DNA of 64,000 nt from Candidatus Altiarchaeota archaeon (GTDB taxonomy: Archaea; Altiarchaeota; Altiarchaeia; IMC4; SCGC-AAA252-I15): contig JAZDNF010000001.1 of assembly GCA_043800255.1 (NCBI GenBank), positions 1-64,000 on the forward strand, given 5' to 3'. Below, piece by piece: positions 56,165 through 64,000 of this stretch. Every line of letters starts with the position of its first letter. The stretch's first letter is position 1. Made by a program: the position numbers and the translations under genes. Under the pieces are notes generated by a model. The model was not told the DNA's origin, searched no databases, and worked only from the letters and a program-made list of their open reading frames with translations.

Positions 56165-57512
56165 GGTAACTCTCCCTAAAAGGGCTGTTCCCTTCAAGGA
56201 GAAGCTGATTTGGACGACCGTTGTCCTGGTTCTGTTCTTCATAATGGGGACAATATACCCCTATGGCGTAACTCCTGAAACGCTTCAGGAGCACATACAG
56301 GGCTTCGGCCAGCTTCAGATGATATTCGCATCTTCTATGGGCACCATCGTGTCGGCAGGCATAGGCCCGATAGTGACTGCGTCAATCATATTGCAGCTCC
56401 TAGTCGGCGCCAAGATGATAGACATAGACCTTACTAAGCCAGAGAACAAGGCCCTATTCCAGGGAACTCAGAAGATACTTACAGTATTGATAGCCTTCTT
56501 CGAGGCCGGGGCGCTCGTGATGGCAACCAAGATGGTTTCTGGGACAGGTCTGATAGCGTTCACGACATTCCAGATCGCTCTGGGTTCCATACTCCTAATG
56601 TACATGGACGAGATCGTTTCAAAGTGGGGCATAGGCAGCGGAATATCCATTTTCATTGCTGGAGGAGTATCCCAGACCATAATCAACGCATCCATGAATC
56701 CGTTGAGGACCGAGGCAGGGTTCTTCGTAGGCGCTCTTCCGAACTTCATGGACCAGATGATACAGGGAACCATAGACCTCATGCTCATATGGCCTGTCAT
56801 TGCAACGGTTATAATCTTCATAATAGTCGTCTTATGCGAGTCGATGAGGCTTGAGATCCCACTATCGTACGGCGGCATAAGGGGTGTCGGCGGCAGGTAT
56901 CCGCTCAAATTCTTCTACGTTTCAAACATACCTGTCATACTCGCGGCCGCATTGCTGCTGAACGTTCAGATGTGGGCCGGCCTTGTCGGCGTTGACGTTA
57001 ACAACATACAATCCTACGACGAGCTCAAGTGGTATCAGAAGTCAGTCTACCAGGTCACAACGTTTGTCACCCTAGGGAACCTCCACGGCGTCGCAAGCCC
57101 AGGCAGGTGGCAGCAGATTCTCGACGCTGACGTCATCCTCCACTTTGTTGTTTACATGATAGCATTCACAGCTCTTTGCGTCCTTTTCGGAAAATTCTGG
57201 GTCGAGACAACCGGTTTGGATTCAGAGAGCATTGCAGACCAGATACAGCAGGGCGGCATGCAGATTCCAGGCTTCAGGAGGGACAAGCGGGTGGTGAAGC
57301 GTGTCCTGGACAGGTACATACCTCAGATTACGATAATCAGCTCGATAGCTGTTGGCTTGCTTGCAGCGAGTGCAGACCTGTTAGGTGCGTTTGGAAGCGG
57401 GACTGGAATACTCCTGACAGTCGGCATACTCTACAGGTTCTATGAGGAGATACAGAGAGAGCAGATGGCTGACATGCCTCAGGCATTCAGGAAGTTCATG
57501 GGCAAATCCTAG
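56121..57512 (+). CDS. secY: Protein translocase subunit SecY
   Basis: GIGPIVTASIILQLL, GIGSGISIFI, YVSNIPVIL, IPGFR, GSGTGILL. Confidence 0.97.
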   Translation: MNLEFLRPTLKYLPEVTLPKRAVPFKEKLIWTTVVLVLFFIMGTIYPYGVTPETLQEHIQGFGQLQMIFASSMGTIVSAGIGPIVTASIILQLLVGAKMIDIDLTKPENKALFQGTQKILTVLIAFFEAGALVMATKMVSGTGLIAFTTFQIALGSILLMYMDEIVSKWGIGSGISIFIAGGVSQTIINASMNPLRTEAGFFVGALPNFMDQMIQGTIDLMLIWPVIATVIIFIIVVLCESMRLEIPLSYGGIRGVGGRYPLKFFYVSNIPVILAAALLLNVQMWAGLVGVDVNNIQSYDELKWYQKSVYQVTTFVTLGNLHGVASPGRWQQILDADVILHFVVYMIAFTALCVLFGKFWVETTGLDSESIADQIQQGGMQIPGFRRDKRVVKRVLDRYIPQITIISSIAVGLLAASADLLGAFGSGTGILLTVGILYRFYEEIQREQMADMPQAFRKFMGKS

Positions 57513-58849
57513 ATGAACCTGTCCAGAAAGAGTTTGTAATCCTCTCCATCTATGTTTATCACTGCATTGTCCTTCCTGACAACTATTCTCGCACTCCTGA
57601 GGTCTTTTCCGAATCCTTTGCGTTCCCTTACGATTTTTGGAACAAGCTGGTCTACTATCGTATACTTTCTCTTCTTGTCCACAACCCAGTGGCCGCCCTT
57701 TATGTAAGGTTTGAATCTGCTGTATATCTCTCTGAACCTCTCCTGGTTCTCAACGTCTCTGTCTATCGGAGGCCCCATGTGCTGCACAACATTCGGCAGC
57801 TCCCACACGTTGAACTCGAGAACGATGGCAGACAGCTTGTTCTCGTCGGTCCAGAAGTCGGACTTCATAACGGAGAAACCTTCACCGGAGATTTCGTTCA
57901 CCACAGACTTTAACGTTCTCCTCAGTTGGGAGTAGAGGGAGTTCTCATTTATGTAACCGTGCTTTAGGACGAGCGCGATGGATCTCGTCCCCCTCGATTT
58001 CAGCGCCTTCTCCAACTCCTTCACGGATTTTGCAGCCTTCTTGGACGGAAAGAAAAATGAAACCTTTGGGCTGTCGAGGAACTCCTTCGAGGCGACAATG
58101 AATTCAGCGAGCTTCTGCCTTGAAACCGCGGCTGCCACGTTTCTGTCCTTGTCGACAGGGTCTACGACGATGAGGTCAGAGCCTGTGAAAAAGTACTTCA
58201 AGTCCTCCGGGTTCTCCCAGTGCCTCTCATGGTCTATCACATGGCCGAACTTCCAATCCGACGACGCCTCCAGCACCTTCAGGAACGAGCCATGGTGCAA
58301 TCCAAGCAGCTCTGTCAGGTAGCCTGAGAAACCCTCAATCTTTGATTCGGCGCCGTAAACGTTACAGCCTTTCATGAACTGTTTGAGCAGCCTAATCTCC
58401 GCCCTGAGTTTCGGGTTCTTTTTCAGCTCCCTCTTTATGTAGGCTGTGTGCAGAGGCGTCCTGTCGACCGAGCACATGATCGTCTTCCCTGAATAGCATG
58501 GCACGACCTCTATTGTGTAATTATTGTATCTGCCTTTCACGTAGGGATGCTCGGCGTAGTCTATCTCATAGACTGCCTTAAGCTCTTTGAAGAGCCTCTT
58601 TCCGTAATCCAGCCCCAGCCTTTCCAGATCCTCCCGCGTGACGCTTTGGGGGAATACCATGAAGATGTCGATGTCCTTGTCTCCCCTGAGGTCGGTTTCC
58701 TTTGCCAGAGAGCCGACGAGCATCGGCTTGATCTTGAACTTCCGGAGTTTTTTCATCAATTGTGCGGCCATCTCCGCCTCTCGCTTCCTCTCAGCAGGGG
58801 ATGGCGTAACCCTCTCCAAGACCTCTTGGAGTATCCTCTCAGTTTCCAT
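57509..58849 (-). CDS. cca: Class I CCA-adding tRNA nucleotidyltransferase
   Basis: GSLAKETDL..DKDIDIF, YAEHPY, VDRTPLH, GFSGYLTEL, DPVD..RNVA. Confidence 0.95.
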   Translation of the reverse strand: METERILQEVLERVTPSPAERKREAEMAAQLMKKLRKFKIKPMLVGSLAKETDLRGDKDIDIFMVFPQSVTREDLERLGLDYGKRLFKELKAVYEIDYAEHPYVKGRYNNYTIEVVPCYSGKTIMCSVDRTPLHTAYIKRELKKNPKLRAEIRLLKQFMKGCNVYGAESKIEGFSGYLTELLGLHHGSFLKVLEASSDWKFGHVIDHERHWENPEDLKYFFTGSDLIVVDPVDKDRNVAAAVSRQKLAEFIVASKEFLDSPKVSFFFPSKKAAKSVKELEKALKSRGTRSIALVLKHGYINENSLYSQLRRTLKSVVNEISGEGFSVMKSDFWTDENKLSAIVLEFNVWELPNVVQHMGPPIDRDVENQERFREIYSRFKPYIKGGHWVVDKKRKYTIVDQLVPKIVRERKGFGKDLRSARIVVRKDNAVINIDGEDYKLFLDRFI

Positions 58850-59858
58850 TCAAATCAACTCCCTCTATTTTTGTGCTGCAGGCCGGGCATCGCGAGTCTC
58901 TTATGCTGTTTGATGTGACGTTAAAGCCGAACCTCTCGATCAGAAGCTCATTGCAGTTCGGGCATCTGGTGTTCTCTGCGTCCTCATGGGGGACGTTGCC
59001 AGTGTATATGTACTCCAGGCCCTCATCGATGCCGATTTCCTTCGCCCTGTGTATTGTCTCTATCGGCGTCGGATTCAACTTCGTCTCCTTGTAATCCGGA
59101 TGGAATCTTGAGATATGCCATGGCACGTGCTCGCCCAGCTCTTTTCCTATGAAGTTTGCAATCTGCCTCAGCTCGTCATCAGAGTCGTTCCTTCCCGGGA
59201 CTACCAACGTTGTTACCTCAACCCATATGTCTGCATTCACCATGCCCTTCAGGGATTGCAGCACAGGATCAAGCGATCCGCCGCATACCCTCCTGTAAAA
59301 CTCGTCCGAGAAGCTCTTAAGGTCTACGTTCGCGGCGTCAAGCCAGCCCTCGCATTCGGAGATTGTCTCGGCCGTCATGTACCCGTTTGTGACGAAAACG
59401 TTACCGAGGCCCTTCTCTTTCGCGATTTTAGCTGTGTCGTAGGCATACTCAAAAAATATTGTCGGCTCGGTGTAGGTGTATGATACGCTCTCGCAACCTG
59501 ATTCAATGGCCTCGTCCACTACCCCCTCAGGAGTCTTCTCGACGCCTATGATCTCTCCGCCTGACTTCGACCTCTGGCTTATGTCCCAGTTCTGGCAGAA
59601 GGAGCATCTGAAGTTGCAGCCTATTGTCGCGATAGAGTAGCTGTCCGTTCCCGGCTTATAGTGGAAGAGCGGCTTCTTCTCTATCGGGTCAGGGTTTGCA
59701 GCTATCGCCCTACCGTATACGAGGCTGTAGAGCGTTCCCCCGACATTCTCCCTGACCCTGCATACTCCCCGTTTGCCTTCAGGAATCCGGCACCGGTGCG
59801 CGCACAGAAAACAGTTGGCGTTGCCATCTTTTTTCTCGTATAGCATGGCCTGCCTCAT
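58839..59858 (-). CDS. AmmeMemoRadiSam-system radical SAM enzyme (PflA-like)
   Basis: DPIEKKPLFH, GCNFRCSFCQNW, YTYTEP, ANVDLK, HISRFHP. Confidence 0.9.
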   Translation of the reverse strand: MRQAMLYEKKDGNANCFLCAHRCRIPEGKRGVCRVRENVGGTLYSLVYGRAIAANPDPIEKKPLFHYKPGTDSYSIATIGCNFRCSFCQNWDISQRSKSGGEIIGVEKTPEGVVDEAIESGCESVSYTYTEPTIFFEYAYDTAKIAKEKGLGNVFVTNGYMTAETISECEGWLDAANVDLKSFSDEFYRRVCGGSLDPVLQSLKGMVNADIWVEVTTLVVPGRNDSDDELRQIANFIGKELGEHVPWHISRFHPDYKETKLNPTPIETIHRAKEIGIDEGLEYIYTGNVPHEDAENTRCPNCNELLIERFGFNVTSNSIRDSRCPACSTKIEGVDLNGN

Positions 59859-59894
59859 AACTAATAAATAGAATGTGAAGCGTATATATAATCC

Positions 59895-60401
59895 ATGCAA
59901 TACGTTAACATCCCAAAGGAGAGGATTGCCGTTCTAATAGGTTCGAACGGCAAGGCAAAGAAGGAACTGGAGAAGGTCACGAGGACTAAGATCGTGTTGG
60001 ACGGTTCTTCCGTCCAGATAGACGGCGACCCTGTTGACGAGTGGGTTGCGAAGGATGTCGTGAAGGCGATAGGCCGGGGGTTTTCCCCTGAAAAGGCCCT
60101 GCTTCTCATATCGGACGAGATGGTGCTCGAAATCATCGACATAACCGACATCGTGGGCGACTCTCCGAAGTCGATGCTGAGGGTCAAAGGTAGAATCATC
60201 GGTGAGCGCGGGAAAAGCAGGCGGGTCATCGAGGAAGTATCAAACACGTACGTCTCAGTCTACGGAAAGACGGTATCAATTATCGGCGCATATGACGAGG
60301 TTGCGGCTGCGAGGGATGCTGTCCTGAAGCTGATATCTGGCTCGCGTCATTCGAGCGTTTACAAGTTCCTCGAGATGTCTAAAAAAGGCAAAATTCAATA
60401 G
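59895..60401 (+). CDS. KH-domain pre-rRNA processing protein (Dim2/Pno1-like)
   Basis: LIGSNGK, AIGRGFSPEKA, GRIIGERG, GSRHSSVY. Confidence 0.9.
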   Translation: MQYVNIPKERIAVLIGSNGKAKKELEKVTRTKIVLDGSSVQIDGDPVDEWVAKDVVKAIGRGFSPEKALLLISDEMVLEIIDITDIVGDSPKSMLRVKGRIIGERGKSRRVIEEVSNTYVSVYGKTVSIIGAYDEVAAARDAVLKLISGSRHSSVYKFLEMSKKGKIQ

Positions 60402-60469
60402 ACTGCGACCCATTTTTTGGCTTTTATTCGTTCCTACCTAATACCTATCCAGCAAGCAGAGGTTAGTTG

Positions 60470-62125
60470 ATGGCAGAGGAGAATATTGTTGTCGAAAGGC
60501 ATGCAGACGACCTTTTCAAGGAATTCAAGGAGGTCTCTGTTACCGAATTTTTCAGAAAGAACAAAGCTCAACTGGGGTTCTCTGGAAGCGTCAGGTCTCT
60601 TACGACAGTTGTTCACGAGCTTGTGACGAACTCATTAGACGCATGCGAGGAGGCTGGGATACTTCCTGACATTGAAATAGAAATCAAGGTTTTGGGGGAT
60701 GAGCACTATTCCATACACCAAAAGGACAACGGCCCTGGCATACCCTTCAAGCACATCTCCTCCGTTTTCGGTAAAATGCTGGCAGGGACGAAATTCCACA
60801 GAAACGTCCAGCTGAGGGGGCAGCAGGGCATCGGCGTGGCCGGAGTCACACTGTTCTCGCAGATGACGACAGGCAAGCCGATAAGAATCAAGACATCAAC
60901 AGGCAAGAAGGTATACGAGCTTAAGCTGATGATGGACGTCACCAAGAACATGGCTGATATCATCGAGACTAAAGAATACGATGAAAACTGGAGGGGGACC
61001 GACATACTCTGCGAGCTTAAGAGCGTCTCATTCAATCTCGGGGAGAAAGGGCCGCTGGAGTACATCAGAAGGACTGCCATCGCGAACCCACATGCGAAGA
61101 TAACAGTCAAGGATCCTGAGGGCAGGAAGACGGTTTTCGAAAGGGTTTCGAAGAAAATCCCCAGCCTTCCGACCGAGATGAAGCCCCATCCGAAGGGCGT
61201 GGACGTTGATGAGCTGTTGAAGCGTGCCAAGAGCACTTCTGCGAGGAGGACGAATTCATTCCTGAGCACGGAATTCTCGAGGACGAGCACAGCAAAGGCG
61301 AAGGAGATACAATCTCTGGTCAGCTTTGACCTGAACAAAAATCCAAGGAAACTGAGCTGGGCCGAGGCCGAGGAGATAATATCGGCATTCAAGAAGATAG
61401 ATTTCATGGCGCCGCCCACAGAGGGTCTGAGTCCGATAGGAGAGGAGCAGATAAGAAAGGCGGTGCTTAGCATATTAAAGCCTGAATTCGAGGTCGTTCT
61501 GACCAGGAATCCGACAACCCATTCAAGTGGGCTGGCGTTCCAGGTCGAAGTTGCCGTAGCCTATGGGGGAGGAGCAGGGCGCCAGGTGAGCGATGGCACA
61601 CGGGTTGAGATAATGAGGTTCGCGAACAGGGTTCCTCTCCTGTTTGATGCTGGAGGCTGCGCCATCACCCAGGCCGTCAACAGCGTGGACTGGAAGAGAT
61701 ACGACGTGAAGGACTTCGAGAACACTCCCATTTCCATATTCGTGAACGTGGTATCTACCCACATACCCTACATCTCGACAGGGAAGCAGAGCATAGCCAG
61801 CGAGGACGAAATAGTGAAGGAGATAAGGATGGCATTGATGGACACTGGGAGAAAGTTCGAGAGGTATCATTCCAGCAGGAGGCGGGCGATAGAGCGCGAA
61901 GCCAGGCTTCATACTCTGTTGAAATACTGCGCAGAGCTTGCGCCGGCAATCGCCAAGATAACCGGCTCCAAGGAGCAGAAGATTGCGAAAAGCCTTGAGA
62001 AGATAATCAGAAAAAAAGTGAAGGTTGATGCTGTTATAGCGGCTGCCGAGGAGGAGGCCGTAAAAGACGAAGAGGAAGCCGTAAAAGACACGACGTTTGC
62101 CGAAGGAGAGGAGAATGAAGGATAA
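60470..62125 (+). CDS. top6B: DNA topoisomerase VI subunit B
   Basis: HELVTNSLDACEE, DNGPGI, RGQQGIG, RFANRVPL. Confidence 0.96.
   Translation: MAEENIVVERHADDLFKEFKEVSVTEFFRKNKAQLGFSGSVRSLTTVVHELVTNSLDACEEAGILPDIEIEIKVLGDEHYSIHQKDNGPGIPFKHISSVFGKMLAGTKFHRNVQLRGQQGIGVAGVTLFSQMTTGKPIRIKTSTGKKVYELKLMMDVTKNMADIIETKEYDENWRGTDILCELKSVSFNLGEKGPLEYIRRTAIANPHAKITVKDPEGRKTVFERVSKKIPSLPTEMKPHPKGVDVDELLKRAKSTSARRTNSFLSTEFSRTSTAKAKEIQSLVSFDLNKNPRKLSWAEAEEIISAFKKIDFMAPPTEGLSPIGEEQIRKAVLSILKPEFEVVLTRNPTTHSSGLAFQVEVAVAYGGGAGRQVSDGTRVEIMRFANRVPLLFDAGGCAITQAVNSVDWKRYDVKDFENTPISIFVNVVSTHIPYISTGKQSIASEDEIVKEIRMALMDTGRKFERYHSSRRRAIEREARLHTLLKYCAELAPAIAKITGSKEQKIAKSLEKIIRKKVKVDAVIAAAEEEAVKDEEEAVKDTTFAEGEENEG
62048..62089 (+). 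repeat. 21-bp tandem duplication (EEEAVKD x2) in the Top6B acidic tail
   Basis: GAGGAGGAGGCCGTAAAAGAC / GAAGAGGAAGCCGTAAAAGAC. Confidence 0.8.
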
Positions 62126-63194
62126 GGATGTCATAAAGGTTATAGATGGTCTGGGCGAGGAACTTGAGACCAACATAATGGGCGGCAAAGAGCCTAAGAT
62201 GCAGGTCCCCGTCAGGGGCCTGTCCAACGTCAAATTCGACAAGGCGAACAACATACTCCGCCTCGGCAGCAAGAAATCAACCCGGAATTTTTTGAACGTT
62301 GCCCACGCTAAGAAGTTCATGCAGAGCATGCTCATCGCAGGCAAATGCAAGGATCTTGTTTTGAAGGGCAAGACTGCAAGCATAAGGGAACTCTACTACC
62401 AGCTCAAGCATACGATAGCGGACACGAAGGAGAACACATTCGAGGACCAGTCGGAATCAGACCCGCTTATAGTCGATCTTGAGACGATGCTCGGCGTCCT
62501 GAGGGAGGAACTCCATCTTAAGGCAGACGACAAGGGAACGCTCATAGGGAAAGTAATCATAGAGGATTCTGGAGATGTGATCGACTGCTCCAAACTTGGC
62601 AGGAGCGGCCTCTCGATACCGTCCATCGTCGAACACTACAAGTTCAGGAAGGTTGATGCGAAGTACATACTTGTGATAGAGACCGGTGCCATGTTCGACA
62701 GGCTGGTCGAAGAGCAGTTCCACCTGAAAAACAACTGTGTCATGGTGTCGACAAAAGGACAGGCTGCGAGAGGGTGCAGGAGGCTTGTCAACAGGCTGCA
62801 TTTCGAGAAAAAGCTTCCTGTCATAATGTTCACCGACGGCGACCCGTGGGGCTACTACATATACTCTGTGATCAAGGCAGGCTCCATGGCACTAGCTCAT
62901 GAGTCGGAGCGTTTGGGAACTCCAAGCACCAAATTCGTCGGGATGACGATAACCGACGTTGAAGAGTACGGCCTGGAGAAGGTGACTGAGAAGCTGAAGG
63001 ACGTCGACAAGAAACGAATAAACGAGCTGCTGCAGTATCCCTGGTTCCAGAAGAAGGAGTGGAGAAATGAACTCAACCTTATGGCAGAGAAGGGCATCAG
63101 GATAGAGCAGCAGGCTCTTGCATCGAAGTCCCTGGAGTTCGTTGCCGAAGATTATCTACCCCAAAAGATTAAACAAGGAAAACTATTACCCTAA
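62115..63194 (+). CDS. top6A: DNA topoisomerase VI subunit A (Spo11 family)
   Basis: SIRELYY, QSESD, IET, TDGDPWG, EQQAL. Confidence 0.96.
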   Translation: MKDKDVIKVIDGLGEELETNIMGGKEPKMQVPVRGLSNVKFDKANNILRLGSKKSTRNFLNVAHAKKFMQSMLIAGKCKDLVLKGKTASIRELYYQLKHTIADTKENTFEDQSESDPLIVDLETMLGVLREELHLKADDKGTLIGKVIIEDSGDVIDCSKLGRSGLSIPSIVEHYKFRKVDAKYILVIETGAMFDRLVEEQFHLKNNCVMVSTKGQAARGCRRLVNRLHFEKKLPVIMFTDGDPWGYYIYSVIKAGSMALAHESERLGTPSTKFVGMTITDVEEYGLEKVTEKLKDVDKKRINELLQYPWFQKKEWRNELNLMAEKGIRIEQQALASKSLEFVAEDYLPQKIKQGKLLP

Positions 63195-63195
63195 A

Positions 63196-64000
63196 ATGGA
63201 CGGAAACGGCGGAATGGATAAGAGTCTTTCCGACGCCATAGCGCATTTTGAGGGTGAAGAGCTGTTATCCCTTCTTCTCGAAGTAAACCGCATCCCCCAG
63301 AGCAGCGCGGTGACGTTCCTGAACCAAACTCCGGACACGATTGAGGCGTGGGCTCTCGCGCTTGAAACGCAGGGCTGGATAAAAAAGCGCGATCCTGACG
63401 TAGAAGACCCGATACTCGAAATCTCGGCGTCTGGGATGAAAAAAATAGAAGCGCTGCAGAAGAATCTCATAAAGTTCGATGAAGTTGAAGAAAAAGATGA
63501 TAGGAAAAAGTCAGGGGTTAGCCTGAAAAAACTCTTTGGCAAACTGTTCTTAATGGACCGTGTTCTACTCCTGGACATCCTCATCCTCATATCAATGTTT
63601 GCCTCGTTCTATCTCATCTGGAGGTTCTTCGAAGACCCCAACCGTGAGACAGTCAGTTTCCTGGTTTCGATGATACTCTTCTCGCTGATTGTCTTAACCT
63701 ACAAAAGCTATGAAGAGCTTTCGAAGGCGAAGAAAATCAGGGGTTTTTTTGTGGTTGTCTACTCCACCATAGCAGAAATCCTAAAAAGAAGAAAACAGCA
63801 CATACTAGGTTCGATGCTATTGCTTATAACAATGTACTATACTGGTTTATACCTGAACCATAGGATTACGTTATACTTTGGTATGGGAGTGCTATCCCTC
63901 TCCACTTACATACTGCTCTACCAGCCGCGAAGTGGATTAAGGAAGAATGTTATGTTCTATGTGGGCATGCTGATACTCTGCAGTTCATTGCTTTTGATAG
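63196..64000 (+). CDS. 3'-truncated membrane protein with N-terminal winged-helix-like domain (absent from the ORF track because it runs off the window)
   Basis: MDGNGGMDKSLSDAIAHFEGEELLSLLLEVNRIPQSSAVTFLNQTPDTIEAWALALETQGWIK... followed by several TM segments; open to the window end. Confidence 0.75.
   Translation, partial: MDGNGGMDKSLSDAIAHFEGEELLSLLLEVNRIPQSSAVTFLNQTPDTIEAWALALETQGWIKKRDPDVEDPILEISASGMKKIEALQKNLIKFDEVEEKDDRKKSGVSLKKLFGKLFLMDRVLLLDILILISMFASFYLIWRFFEDPNRETVSFLVSMILFSLIVLTYKSYEELSKAKKIRGFFVVVYSTIAEILKRRKQHILGSMLLLITMYYTGLYLNHRITLYFGMGVLSLSTYILLYQPRSGLRKNVMFYVGMLILCSSLLLI

Overview
Gene-dense archaeal chromosomal segment. Split RpoB, Top6A/B, class I CCA enzyme, class III signal-peptide pilins and archaeal r-proteins establish an archaeon. 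The pilin and surface-protein style plus intact amino-acid biosynthesis suggest Altiarchaeota or a DPANN-affiliated lineage (inference only). 1-14.5 kb is a type IV pilus locus: a Cys-rich adhesin-like gene, minor pilin-like gene, ATPase, two TadC-like genes and three pilins. It is interrupted by an AT-richer cassette (double SAM-methyltransferase, double GT-C glycosyltransferase) and a membrane-anchored NERD nuclease. 14.5-43.5 kb holds hisS, FKBP, polB, dapF, two Ig-like surface proteins, HemK2, an S-layer-like/M50 protease fusion, proC, proBA, a group 3b [NiFe]-hydrogenase operon, scpB, htpX, and a 7-deazaguanine (preQ0) operon with an RHH regulator, a candidate tandem operator and an embedded methyltransferase. 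43.5-64 kb holds the RNA polymerase operon (fused, shortened RpoA'/A''), rps12 joined directly to the distal spc cluster through secY, then cca, a radical SAM gene, a KH protein and top6BA. I saw no rRNA, tRNA, CRISPR array, integrase or transposase. All calls come from motif recognition; no searches were run.
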